DNA of 64,000 bases from NCBI GenBank assembly GCA_040392005.1, contig JBEBWT010000003.1, positions 33,481 through 97,480 of the forward strand. The letters are read 5' to 3'. Under the pieces are notes generated by a model. The model saw only the letters and a list, made by a program, of their open reading frames with translations, was not told the origin of the DNA and did no database searches. Positions 1-9,858 of this stretch are shown one piece after another. The DNA comes from Parapedobacter defluvii (GTDB lineage Bacteria > Bacteroidota > Bacteroidia > Sphingobacteriales > Sphingobacteriaceae). Numbering within the stretch: position 1 is the stretch's first letter; every line of letters begins with the position of its first letter. The position numbers and the translations under genes were made by a program.

Positions 1-79
1 GCAAAGAGGAGATGAAAAAATTCGTGTCCGTTTTCGTTTGACGGATCCCATTCCGTATAATCCTTAGAATATCAAATGA

Positions 80-1675
80 ATGAAAGCCACCTATATAGAT
101 TACAGTGATACAAACAGTTTTTCCAGGACCTTATTGGCATATATAGCAGGGGACGAAAGTTTAACCTCTTTTTATGGCAATAAGCCGACTTTGGAAGGAT
201 TCGGGAAACAGATACAGGACAAATCGTCCTTTCCCGAAAGTACGAGACAGATCTTGGCCGCAACACTCAAAACCCAATATGGGAGCCTGCTCGATGATGC
301 ACCGGCTGTACTGGCCAATATCGGGTCGTTGCAACAACCCAATACCTTTACCGTCACCACAGGCCACCAGTTAAATGTCTTCACCGGGCCATTGTACTTT
401 ATTTTCAAGATTGCGACCGCCATCCGGCTCGCAAGGGACCTGAAAGCGGCCTATCCGGAGTATCACTTTGTGCCGGTTTACTGGATGGCGACCGAGGACC
501 ATGATTTTGCCGAGATCAATCATACCTGGCTGCACGGGCAGAAAATCTCCTGGGATGTACCCGCGTTGTCGGCCACCGGCAGGATGGCGACCCAGCATAT
601 TGCTGACATGGTCCGTACCTATCAGGGGGCATTGGGCTTGTCCGGCGACCATGCGGCCGGATTGGCACAATTGGTAGAAGAGGCTTATCTGGGTCAATCC
701 AATCTGGCGGATGCCACCCGTTACCTGGTCCATCATTTATTTGGGAACGAAGGCCTGGTCATTATCGATGCGGACAATGCAAAACTGAAAAAAGAATTCC
801 TACCGGTGATGTCGGAGGATATCCGTACCGGCAAGAGTTATGAGGTGATTTCGGAAACCAATGCACGTTTGACAGAGCAGGGATTTGCCGTTCAGGTCAA
901 TGGCCGTCCCATCAATTTCTTTTACCTGACGGATGATTTCCGGGAACGGATTGTGTTTGAAGAAGGTTATTACAGGGTATTGAATCAGGGGCTTCAATTT
1001 ACAGAACAAGAATTGGAAGCCGAATTGGCTGCGCATCCGGAGCGTTTCAGCCCCAATGTGGTGATGCGCCCGCTATACGAGGAGCTGGTACTGCCCAATC
1101 TGGCCTATATTGGCGGTGGAGCGGAAATTGCATACTGGCTGCAATTGAAAAGTGTTTTTGATCATTACCAGGTGCCATTCCCCGTATTGATCCCCAGGAA
1201 TTCGGCCATGATCACCGACCGTTCGCTGGCCGAAAAACTTTCCCGCCTGCATCTCGATTTCAGGCAGGTATTCAAAGCAACGGATGTGCTGCAAAAGGAA
1301 TATGTGGCCAGGCATTCGGAGCACAGACTGGATCTGAAAGACGAATGGCTGGAGCTGCATGGAATTTTTGAGAAGATCAAACTGAGGGCGCATAAGATCG
1401 ATCCGACCCTGGGTCCCAGTACGGAGGCGGTGGAAGCCCGGTTGAGAAGAGCCCTCCAAAATCTGGAGAAGAAATTGCTCAAAGCGGATATGCGCAACCA
1501 TCAGGAAGCGGTGGTCCAGATCGAACGGATCCGGGAAAAACTGTTTCCGGGAGGAGGATTGCAGGAGCGCAAGGAAAATTTTGGCCTGCATTACGTCCGG
1601 CACGGTCACGAGCTGTTTAGCGAGCTGATCCGGCTGTTTGATCCTTTGGACTTCAAATTTACCGTCTTATATTAA
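80..1675 (+). CDS. bshC: bacillithiol biosynthesis cysteine-adding enzyme BshC
   Basis: 531-aa ORF. Blocks TGHQLNVFTGPLYFIFKI, YWMATEDHDFAEINH and HPERFSPNVVMRPLYEE...GGGAEIAYWLQLK match the conserved BshC/YllA blocks as I recall them from B. subtilis. Confidence 0.88.
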   Translation: MKATYIDYSDTNSFSRTLLAYIAGDESLTSFYGNKPTLEGFGKQIQDKSSFPESTRQILAATLKTQYGSLLDDAPAVLANIGSLQQPNTFTVTTGHQLNVFTGPLYFIFKIATAIRLARDLKAAYPEYHFVPVYWMATEDHDFAEINHTWLHGQKISWDVPALSATGRMATQHIADMVRTYQGALGLSGDHAAGLAQLVEEAYLGQSNLADATRYLVHHLFGNEGLVIIDADNAKLKKEFLPVMSEDIRTGKSYEVISETNARLTEQGFAVQVNGRPINFFYLTDDFRERIVFEEGYYRVLNQGLQFTEQELEAELAAHPERFSPNVVMRPLYEELVLPNLAYIGGGAEIAYWLQLKSVFDHYQVPFPVLIPRNSAMITDRSLAEKLSRLHLDFRQVFKATDVLQKEYVARHSEHRLDLKDEWLELHGIFEKIKLRAHKIDPTLGPSTEAVEARLRRALQNLEKKLLKADMRNHQEAVVQIERIREKLFPGGGLQERKENFGLHYVRHGHELFSELIRLFDPLDFKFTVLY

Positions 1676-1726
1676 GTAAAAACTGGTAATATTCACGATC
1701 CTGTACTGATTTTAGCCACGATCACT

Positions 1727-2449
1727 ATGCTTGAAAAGACCCGCGGCATCGTTTTGAAACTGACCAACTATGGGGATTCGAGTGTGGTGGCGACGATCCT
1801 GACCGAATCCTTCGGGGTGCAATCCTATATGGTGCACGGAGCCAAACGACCCAAAGCAAAATTGCCGGTCAATATGCTGCAACCCCTGCAACTGCTGGAT
1901 ATGGTAGTGCAATACCGGCCGAATGCCAATCTGCAGCGGATTTCAGAAAGCAAACTCGCTCCGGCCTTCCTGTCCATTCCCTACGATGTGGCCAAAAGCT
2001 CAGTTGTTTTGTTTATCAATGAAGTGCTTTACAAGGTTTTGAGGCACCAGGATGCCGACATTCCACTTTTTCAGTTCGTGTTCAATGCCGTGTCCTGGCT
2101 GGATTCGGTCGAACACATGCCGGCGGACTTTCACCTGTATTTTCTGGTACGTCTGACCCGCTTTCTGGGATTCCATCCGGTCAGTCCCCAGGATGGGGCC
2201 CGGTTTTTTGACCTGAAAGATGGAGTTTTCGCAAAAACCGAACCGGCGCACCCCTATGTACTCGCCGAACCCTATGCGGGTATGTTATCCCGCCTGACCC
2301 AAACCTCGCTGGATCAATTGCATAGCTTCGGCCTGCAACGGGATCAGCGTCGTTACCTGCTGGAAAAAATCATTGAGTATTACCGCCTGCATATAGACAA
2401 CCTGGGTGAGATCAAATCCCACTCAGTACTGGAAGTGGTGTTGTCCTGA
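1727..2449 (+). CDS. recO: DNA repair protein RecO
   Basis: 240-aa ORF. The N-terminal OB-fold-like MLEKTRGIVLKLTNYGDSSVV is typical of RecO. Size and position are ordinary. Confidence 0.8.
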   Translation: MLEKTRGIVLKLTNYGDSSVVATILTESFGVQSYMVHGAKRPKAKLPVNMLQPLQLLDMVVQYRPNANLQRISESKLAPAFLSIPYDVAKSSVVLFINEVLYKVLRHQDADIPLFQFVFNAVSWLDSVEHMPADFHLYFLVRLTRFLGFHPVSPQDGARFFDLKDGVFAKTEPAHPYVLAEPYAGMLSRLTQTSLDQLHSFGLQRDQRRYLLEKIIEYYRLHIDNLGEIKSHSVLEVVLS

Positions 2450-2532
2450 GGGAGAACAAGAGGTGTAGATATTCTACTGCATCAATTCGTTCGAGTTCCT
2501 TTAAACCTTATCCTTATAGAGCTTTAATCTCA

Positions 2533-3290
2533 TTACTTCTTTTTATTTTTGGCTTCTGAAAGTAGTTTCCGTTCATCTGCACTAAGTTTCCTCTCTAATT
2601 TTTTTATGTCTTCCGCCGCCGGCAAATTTTCGGGGACAATCCCTCTTTTAGTAAGCATTTCCCTTACCGCAAGGTTATTGTCAATATGCTCTTTTTCTAT
2701 TTTTCCTTGTCCTTTTAATCCTTCGCCTGTACATTCAGACCTGTCATTTCTGCTGCCAAATCCTTCGCTTTTATACTGATAGTTGGTAAAAAATCAGCAA
2801 CGGGGCGACTACCGGGCACACCCATTTTCTTTTTTAACTGAATGGTTGAAAGCCGAAATAATGCTTGGTCACCTTTTGAACGGATGATAGCAAATCCTTG
2901 CCCGTCAACTCCTCTTTCGTATAGAATCCCTGAAAGTTGTTTTTCCGTTTGGCTTAATTTTTCTCTTGCCTTAACCCTTTCATATTCTATAAGCCTCTTT
3001 TCAACCAACTCTGCTTTGCGGGTTTGAACCGCAAAATAATTTTGGGCAAAAGCAATTTCCTCTTTACGGCTATCGCCATTTTGCCCTACCAAATAACAGG
3101 CATAACGAGTAAGAAGAATATCATCTATTTCGTGTTTTGCACCTTTCCCTGCTTCTATCACCTTCTTGATGTCGGGAAAGTGATAAGCAATCTCCTCACC
3201 TGCATTCTATAAATCTCATAAGGTAATTGGCAAAAATCAATGCGGTATTCCAAACAAGTGTAACCGTCCACATATTTTCGGCCTCTTTGC
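2533..3290 (-). pseudogene. dinD: DNA-damage-inducible protein D (DinD) family, disrupted by frameshifts and a stop
   Basis: The central 148-aa ORF (2715-3161) carries the DinD core (IEAGKGAKHEIDDILLTRYACYLVGQNGD...FAQNYFAVQTRKAE). The C-terminal part (GLKGQGKIEKEHIDNNLAVREMLTKRGIVPENLPAAEDIKKLE...KNKKK, stop at 2533-2535) continues in a frame shifted by one nucleotide. Upstream homology (NAGEEIAYHFPDIKKV) is cut by a TAG. A further N-terminal remnant (GYTCLEYRIDF) lies in yet another frame. Confidence 0.6.
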
Positions 3291-3440
3291 TAAATAGCGT
3301 TTACATGACGTAATATACAAAAAGATTTTTACTTACCCGACGAAATGCTAATATTTTTATCAACATTCATAGGAGTTATAGGCCGGTAGATAGTAACGGC
3401 TAAGATTGGATAGAATAAAATGTGGAGTATTAGTGTATGA

Positions 3441-3599
3441 TCAGATCCTCCCGCCTGAAGACGGCTCCTGTCCCACCGGACAATCACAACCCTTTCCACA
3501 ACCCGGCTTTTGTTTCTTACCAAAAAACCGGCCGTACAGATAATACACCGCTCCGGCAAAGAGCAAGGCAATCAGTATGTATTGAATGGTCGTATCCAT
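3441..3599 (-). CDS. FeoB-associated Cys-rich small membrane protein
   Basis: 52-aa ORF absent from the track (under 60 aa): MDTTIQYILIALLFAGAVYYLYGRFFGKKQKPGCGKGCDCPVGQEPSSGGRI. It has one N-terminal TM helix, then a Lys-rich stretch, then a CGxGCxC motif. It lies 55 nt downstream of feoB on the same strand. Confidence 0.65.
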   Translation of the reverse strand: MDTTIQYILIALLFAGAVYYLYGRFFGKKQKPGCGKGCDCPVGQEPSSGGRI

Positions 3600-3654
3600 T
3601 TTTTGTAGGATTTTATAAATTCCCCGGGTTTCTCCCCCCCGGGCCGTCCATATT

Positions 3655-5757
3655 TTATTTCAACGCCTGATAGGCAATCAAGGCCGCCAGGTAAGCCAAT
3701 CCGGTCATAAAGAACAATTGGATCAGCGTCCATTTCCAGGAGCCGGTTTCCCGCCGGACTATGGCAATAGTTGCCATACATTGCATGGCAAAGGCATAGA
3801 ACAGCAACAGGGAGACACCCGAAGCAAAATTATATGCGGGCTGGCCGGTAGTCCGGTTGATCTCGCTCCGCATTCTGCTCAGTAAAGTGTTTTTTTGTGC
3901 ATCGTCCTCTATGTCCACATCATCCCCCAGGCTGTAAACCACGGCCATCGTAGCCACAAAGACTTCCCGTGCCGCAAAGGAGGAAATCAGCCCGATTCCC
4001 ATTTTCCAGTCGTAACCCAGGGGTGCGATCAACGGCTCTATTCCCTGGCCCATATAACCCAGATATGAATGTTCAAGCCTATATGCATTGATCTCCTGTT
4101 GCAGGTCATCTTCATGCAGATCCGGCTGCTCCTGCATGACGTAGGCTTCCGCATTGCTGAACCGGTCATTCGGGCCGAAATTGCCCAGCACCCAAAGAAC
4201 GATGGCCATCGCCAGGATGATCTTCCCGGCACCGATCAGGAATCCCATTGACTTTTCCCAGACATTGATCCCCACATTTTTCCAGTCAGGGGTTTTATAG
4301 GTGGGCAGTTCAAAAATCAGAAAACTGCTTCTGACGCTCTTGATGACGATGTTGAGCAGCCAGGCCGATAGCAGAGCACCCACCAATCCTAAGACATACA
4401 TCACGAACAGGGTCAGTCCCTGATAACTGAATCCGAGGAAATTCCCTTCCGGAATGACCAGTGCGATAATGACAATATAGATCGGGAGCCTGGCGGAACA
4501 GGTCATGAACGGGGTCACCAGAATGGTCAGCAACCTTTCCTTTGGGTTTTCAATATTACGGGCAGACATGACCGCCGGAATGGCACAGGCCGCACCCGAC
4601 ATCAGCGGGATCACTGATTTTCCGTTGAGGCCAAAGGGTCGCAACCAGCGGTCCATCAGGAAAACCACCCGACTCATATAGCCCGATTCTTCCATCAGCG
4701 AGAGGAAAATAAACAAAATCACAATCTGGGGCAGGAAGATCACGATGCCCCCGATGCCGGTGACCACCCCGTCAATCAGCAGGGAAGCCAATGGCCCTTC
4801 GGGAAGGGTGTCGTGCAGATAGCCTGCAATGGAAGAAAACAAGGAGTCGATGGCATCCATAAAGGGGGCCGACCAGGCAAAAATAGCCTGGAAAATCAGC
4901 AGGAGGATCACAAAGAAGATCACATAGCCCAAGACCGGATGCAGCAGGAGACGATCTATTTTGTTGGTAGTGCCCAGACTTTTGTTTTCTTTTTTGCGTA
5001 CGACCCCGGCCAATGCTGCCGTAATCTGTTGTCCTCTCGCCAGAGCCTCCTGCTTTTGCAATTCCTGTGCATCAAGCTGATGCCGGTCCCGGATCGCCTT
5101 CAGGGCGGATTGCTGCTCATCAGAAAGATGGGACACCTGGTCCTGGGCGAGGTATTGCCAGGTTTTGTAGGAGGTGGACAGTGGGAATAATTTTTTAGCT
5201 TCCTCCAGGGCAGGAAGTACGTCATCCGACAAAGGGAAGGAGCCAAAATAGGCCGGCGGCACCTGATCAAAACCGGCCACCAGCTCTTTCACGCCCTGAC
5301 CCGTACGGGAATTGGTCAGGTAAATATCGGTTTTGAGCAAGACTCCCAGTTGGTCGATTTCGATTTCGATCCCTTTCTGCGCCGACTCATCCATCATATT
5401 GACTACAAAAAGCGCAGGCAATCCCATTTCCCGCACCTGCTGATAGAGTACAATCCCCCGTTTCAGGGTGCCGGGCTCGGAGATGACCAGCACCAGATCC
5501 GGATAAAGTTCGTTTTCCCGATTACTCAGGGTATCGAAAACAATTTCTTCATCCAAAGAAGTCGGATAGATGGAGTAGGTCCCCGGCAGATCCACAATAT
5601 GATAATGTTGATCCCCATGTTTGATGGTGCCGGTCCGTTTTTCCACGGTCACGCCCGGATAGTTCCCTACCTTATGGTTGAGTTTGGTCAGCCGGTTGAA
5701 CAGGGAGGTTTTGCCGACATTCGGATTCCCGATCAGTGCTATTACAAATTTTTTCAT
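3655..5757 (-). CDS. feoB: ferrous iron transporter FeoB
   Basis: 700-aa ORF. The N-terminal G-domain has GNPNVGKTSLFN and DLPGTYS, followed by a polytopic membrane domain. The start overlaps the feoA stop by 4 nt. Confidence 0.95.
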   Translation of the reverse strand: MKKFVIALIGNPNVGKTSLFNRLTKLNHKVGNYPGVTVEKRTGTIKHGDQHYHIVDLPGTYSIYPTSLDEEIVFDTLSNRENELYPDLVLVISEPGTLKRGIVLYQQVREMGLPALFVVNMMDESAQKGIEIEIDQLGVLLKTDIYLTNSRTGQGVKELVAGFDQVPPAYFGSFPLSDDVLPALEEAKKLFPLSTSYKTWQYLAQDQVSHLSDEQQSALKAIRDRHQLDAQELQKQEALARGQQITAALAGVVRKKENKSLGTTNKIDRLLLHPVLGYVIFFVILLLIFQAIFAWSAPFMDAIDSLFSSIAGYLHDTLPEGPLASLLIDGVVTGIGGIVIFLPQIVILFIFLSLMEESGYMSRVVFLMDRWLRPFGLNGKSVIPLMSGAACAIPAVMSARNIENPKERLLTILVTPFMTCSARLPIYIVIIALVIPEGNFLGFSYQGLTLFVMYVLGLVGALLSAWLLNIVIKSVRSSFLIFELPTYKTPDWKNVGINVWEKSMGFLIGAGKIILAMAIVLWVLGNFGPNDRFSNAEAYVMQEQPDLHEDDLQQEINAYRLEHSYLGYMGQGIEPLIAPLGYDWKMGIGLISSFAAREVFVATMAVVYSLGDDVDIEDDAQKNTLLSRMRSEINRTTGQPAYNFASGVSLLLFYAFAMQCMATIAIVRRETGSWKWTLIQLFFMTGLAYLAALIAYQALK

Positions 5758-6002
5758 GAGATTCTGCGGACAATAATCTGGCTGGCTTCGGATATGCGGA
5801 CGGCGATCAGCGAATCATTTTCCAATACATTGATGCAGACAGGTCCGTTCAGGGGAGCCTTGTGCCGGATGATCACTTTCGCGCCTGGCTGCAGGCCCAG
5901 TTCATAGAACTTTGCGGGTAATAAACCCGAATCATAATGGGATATTTCGGCCCGGTCACCACAGGAAAGATTGCTGAGGATTGTATGGTCTTGCATATTC
6001 AT
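5754..6002 (-). CDS. feoA: ferrous iron transport protein FeoA
   Basis: 82-aa SH3-like FeoA-size ORF immediately upstream of, and overlapping, feoB. Confidence 0.8.
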   Translation of the reverse strand: MNMQDHTILSNLSCGDRAEISHYDSGLLPAKFYELGLQPGAKVIIRHKAPLNGPVCINVLENDSLIAVRISEASQIIVRRIS

Positions 6003-6016
6003 TGTCTTCGACTGGC

Positions 6017-6037
6017 AAACTTAATTAAAATTAGTTT
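6017..6037. promoter_or_regulatory. imperfect AT-rich inverted repeat overlapping a TAAGTTTG (-7-like) motif upstream of feoA; candidate iron-regulator operator
   Basis: AAACTTAATTAAAATTAGTTT has arms AAACT(T)AATT / AATTAGTTT. On the feoA strand, TAAGTTTG (6016-6023) fits the Bacteroidota TAnnTTTG -7 consensus. Confidence 0.3.
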
Positions 6038-6129
6038 AAATAAAGCATTAACTTTGAGGGTACGAAAATTTTTGAAGAGGGGCGTTTTTGAGCAAAAATA
6101 AAAGTTTTAGAAGGTGAAATAGATCGACC

Positions 6130-8082
6130 GTGACGGATACAACTCATTTGGACCATGACAACCTGGCTTTCCAGCATGCGGTCTCTTTTGTGAATCAGAC
6201 CAACCGCCTGATTTTTCTGACCGGTCGGGCCGGGACGGGTAAGACTACTTTTCTGCGTTATATCCGCCAGCACTCCCACAAAAAGATGGTAGTGGCTGCT
6301 CCTACGGGGGTGGCAGCGATGAATGCGGGCGGGATGACCCTGCACTCCCTGTTTTGGCTGCCCTTTGGGCTGTATGTACCGCAGGATTTCGCTGGCGCGC
6401 CCGGCCTCTTTGACTTGCCGGATAGATCGGAGCAAGCGGTCGGTCCGGGCAAGGCCGGGTCGCAGGGTTTGCCAGATGCGGGAAGCGGAGCGGTTTACGA
6501 CAAACGGCGCTTGTTTGGCAAGGTCAAACTGACCACCCGTAAGCGGGCGTTGCTGAGAGAGATTGAACTGTTGGTGATCGATGAGGTATCTATGGTCCGG
6601 GCTGATGTGCTGGATGCCATTGATGCCATTCTCAAATCTGTGCGTCGGGATGCCCGCCCCTTTGGTGGATTGCAGGTGCTGTTTATCGGCGATCTGTACC
6701 AGCTTCCCCCGGTGGTCAAGGAATACGAATGGCGGATCATGGAGGCCTATTACAAGAGCCCCTTCTTTTTTGATGCCCATGTATTGAAAGATCATCCACC
6801 GGTATTGCTTGAACTGGAAAAGGTTTACCGCCAGCGTGACACGGACTTCATTGGCCTGCTGAATGCGATCCGTAACAATACCTGTTCTCCGGATCAATTG
6901 GATCAGCTCAACGGGTATTACCAGCCGGATTTTGTGCCAGCCGGGGAGGAGACCTATATTACCCTGACGTCCCACAACAACCGGGCGGATGAAATCAATC
7001 GCCGGGCACTGGCTGCTCTGCCGGGCAATAGTGTGACCCTGAGTGCCAGGATCAAAGGAGATTTTTCGTCGGCCCTGTATCCTGCCGAGACCGATCTGGA
7101 ACTCAAAGTGGGCGCCCAGGTCATGTTTATCCGCAATGACAGCGGAGAAGACCGAAAGTATTATAATGGAAAGATCGGGCAGATCCAGCATATTGACAGC
7201 AGCGGAGATAGTCTGATCGTGGGTTTTCCGGACAGAGACGAAGAAACCGTAGAGGTAAAACGGGAGATCTGGGAGAATATCCGCTACGATTACGATAAGG
7301 ACAAAGACCGCATCCATGAAGATGTGCTGGGCACTTTTTCCCAATTCCCCCTGCGACTGGCCTGGGCCATTACTATCCACAAAAGCCAGGGACTCACCTT
7401 TGACCGGGCGATCATCGATGCCGGCGCTTCCTTTGCAGCGGGGCAGGTCTATGTGGCCCTGAGCCGGCTGACTTCACTGGAAGGATTGGTGCTCAAATCC
7501 CGCATTCCCCTGCACAGCATCCGTACCGATCAGGTGGTGCTGGATTTTTCAGCCTCAACCGCACGGGAGGAAGAGCTGCCGGGTATGCTGGCCGATTCCC
7601 AGCGCGATTACCTGGGGCATATCCTGCTGGAATCTTTTAAATGGGGCCGCCTGCTGGAAGTCTGCAACAAGTTGCTGGACGATCTGGAAAACCGGAATAT
7701 AGCGGATCAGGCACAGGCCTATCGCTTTCTGGAGGTGTTGAAACTGGCCGTGGAGGCACAGGAAGAGGTGGCCAATAAATTCCGGAATCAACTGATCGCC
7801 CTGCTGCGGAGTGGTGAACAGGCCGGCAAGCCCGGAGCGGATTATTCCAAAATCCTGGAACGTACCTCCAGAGCCGTGGAATGGTTTGGCCCCCGCATGG
7901 ACGAACAACTGATCGCCGGTCTGGAAAAACACATGGAGGAATGGGCGGCCAAGAAAAGGACAAAGCGCTACGTGAGCGATCTCAGCAATGCCCTTGCCGA
8001 GTTCCGGCGCAAAAAAGAACAGCTTATGCAATGTCTGGATATTGCTGAAAATCTGGCAAAAAGCGTATCTTTGCCTGCATGA
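6130..8082 (+). CDS. SF1B Pif1/RecD-like ATP-dependent DNA helicase with helical C-terminal extension
   Basis: 650-aa ORF with a GTG start. It has Walker A GRAGTGKTT, LLVIDEVSM (Walker B), FIGDLYQLPPV, and ITIHKSQGLTFD...VYVALSRLTSLEGL, typical of Pif1/RecD-family helicases. About 170 aa of predicted helical tail follow. Confidence 0.8.
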   Translation: MTDTTHLDHDNLAFQHAVSFVNQTNRLIFLTGRAGTGKTTFLRYIRQHSHKKMVVAAPTGVAAMNAGGMTLHSLFWLPFGLYVPQDFAGAPGLFDLPDRSEQAVGPGKAGSQGLPDAGSGAVYDKRRLFGKVKLTTRKRALLREIELLVIDEVSMVRADVLDAIDAILKSVRRDARPFGGLQVLFIGDLYQLPPVVKEYEWRIMEAYYKSPFFFDAHVLKDHPPVLLELEKVYRQRDTDFIGLLNAIRNNTCSPDQLDQLNGYYQPDFVPAGEETYITLTSHNNRADEINRRALAALPGNSVTLSARIKGDFSSALYPAETDLELKVGAQVMFIRNDSGEDRKYYNGKIGQIQHIDSSGDSLIVGFPDRDEETVEVKREIWENIRYDYDKDKDRIHEDVLGTFSQFPLRLAWAITIHKSQGLTFDRAIIDAGASFAAGQVYVALSRLTSLEGLVLKSRIPLHSIRTDQVVLDFSASTAREEELPGMLADSQRDYLGHILLESFKWGRLLEVCNKLLDDLENRNIADQAQAYRFLEVLKLAVEAQEEVANKFRNQLIALLRSGEQAGKPGADYSKILERTSRAVEWFGPRMDEQLIAGLEKHMEEWAAKKRTKRYVSDLSNALAEFRRKKEQLMQCLDIAENLAKSVSLPA

Positions 8083-8477
8083 AAAACAGGACAACGGCGA
8101 TTTCAGGATTCTTTTTGGCATTCGCCGGTTTTGCCCTTGTCATTGGCGGTACCGCCTGGGGATTGCAACAATTGCTGTTGCCGCAGACCATCCTCAGCCC
8201 CCATTTCTGGCTCCTACTGATCTTTCTCTTTTTCCTGACCCTGATTGTCTATGTATTGTCAGTTTTGGGGATGCAAAAGGATGGTCAGACCGGTGTTTTT
8301 TCCATTCTCGGTGGCATCATTATCAAATTTTTGCTGGCTGCTACTATGTTTTTGATAATATTGCTCAAAAGCAATGAGAATCAGTTAGTTCTGGGGTTAA
8401 ACTTTTTTTCACTATATTTATTGTTTACAGTCTTTGAAGTTATCTTTTTGTTGCGTATCTTGCGCCACCAAAATTGA
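8079..8477 (+). CDS. small polytopic membrane protein in the AtpI/AtpZ position upstream of atpB
   Basis: 132-aa ORF with about 4 hydrophobic helices. The ATG overlaps the helicase TGA (ATGA at 8079-8082). It ends at the start of the atpB reading frame. Confidence 0.5.
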   Translation: MKNRTTAISGFFLAFAGFALVIGGTAWGLQQLLLPQTILSPHFWLLLIFLFFLTLIVYVLSVLGMQKDGQTGVFSILGGIIIKFLLAATMFLIILLKSNENQLVLGLNFFSLYLLFTVFEVIFLLRILRHQN

Positions 8478-8497
8478 ATGTAATAAAACGACTATAC

Positions 8498-9583
8498 ATG
8501 GAAATTAGGCTCTTTTCATACTCAATAAAAATTATCACTACCCTGATTTTTGCCGTTTTAACGACCTTTTCCGTTGCTCTTGCCGCTGACACCACCTCCT
8601 CGCACGGGGACACTACTGCCAGCCACGATGCGCATACCAGCGAAAAGTTTGAGCCTACTACCATGATCATGGAGCACATTGCCGACGCCCATGACTGGCA
8701 CCTGTGGGGCCACACCTCCCTTCCGCTTCCGGTGATCCTTTATACCGACAAAGGAATGGAGTTTTTTATGTCCGGCGAGTTTCATCATGGAGAGCATGAT
8801 TATAAGGGCAAGCATTATACCTACCGGTTGGTGGACAAGAAGAAAATCCAGGTAGTGGATGCTGCGGGCGGTATTGACGAAGCAGCCTCCAAAAAGGTAT
8901 GGGATTTTTCCATCACCAAGAACGTGGCTTCCATGTTCCTGTCCATGATACTCTTGTTGATTATTTTCATTTCTGTGGCCAGGGCCTATAAGAAAAGAGA
9001 AGGCAAGGCACCGAAAGGGCTGCAATCCTTTATGGAACCGTTGATTCTTTTTGTCAGGGATGATATTGCCCGGCCGAATATAGGTCACCGCTACGCGGAA
9101 TTTATGCCGTTTTTGCTGACCATCTTTTTCTTCATCTGGTTCAACAACCTGCTGGGATTGATTCCGATCTTCCCCGGTGCGGCCAACGTGACAGGAAATA
9201 TTGCAGTCACCTTTGTACTGGCCTTTATCGTATTGATCGTGGTCAATATCAACGGTAACAAATACTACTGGAAGCATATCCTCACACCGGATGTGCCCTG
9301 GTGGCTGTATCCGATCATGATCCCGGTGGAACTGGTCGGTGTGATCTCCAAGCCATTTGCCTTGATGATCCGTCTGTTTGCCAATATTACCGCGGGCCAC
9401 ATCATCATCCTGAGTCTGATCTCACTGATCTTTGTGTTCCAGTCATTGGCCATTGCACCCATTTCCATCGCATTCGTATTGTTCATGAACGTACTGGAGT
9501 TGCTGGTGGCGGCTTTGCAGGCTTTTATATTTACATTGCTCACGGCCCTGTTTATCGGCATGGCGATCGAGGAGCACCATTGA
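8498..9583 (+). CDS. atpB: F0F1 ATP synthase subunit a
   Basis: The track ORF starts at TTG 8474. ATG 8498 (MEIRLFSYSIKIITTLIFAVL) is the first ATG. The C-terminal LMIRLFANITAGHIIIL motif contains the essential Arg of subunit a. Confidence 0.9.
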   Translation: MEIRLFSYSIKIITTLIFAVLTTFSVALAADTTSSHGDTTASHDAHTSEKFEPTTMIMEHIADAHDWHLWGHTSLPLPVILYTDKGMEFFMSGEFHHGEHDYKGKHYTYRLVDKKKIQVVDAAGGIDEAASKKVWDFSITKNVASMFLSMILLLIIFISVARAYKKREGKAPKGLQSFMEPLILFVRDDIARPNIGHRYAEFMPFLLTIFFFIWFNNLLGLIPIFPGAANVTGNIAVTFVLAFIVLIVVNINGNKYYWKHILTPDVPWWLYPIMIPVELVGVISKPFALMIRLFANITAGHIIILSLISLIFVFQSLAIAPISIAFVLFMNVLELLVAALQAFIFTLLTALFIGMAIEEHH

Positions 9584-9617
9584 TTTTTAAATACTTATAA
9601 TTAAATATATACATTAA

Positions 9618-9845
<228 letters not shown>

Positions 9846-9858
9846 GCTTTACTGAATC

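Noticed and set aside
2549-2779. 76-aa plus-strand ORF (MASESSFRSSALSFLSNFF...) in the AT-rich islet.
   Set aside because: It is the antisense of the clearly DinD-homologous C-terminal fragment, and its sequence is low-complexity Ser/Phe/Leu.
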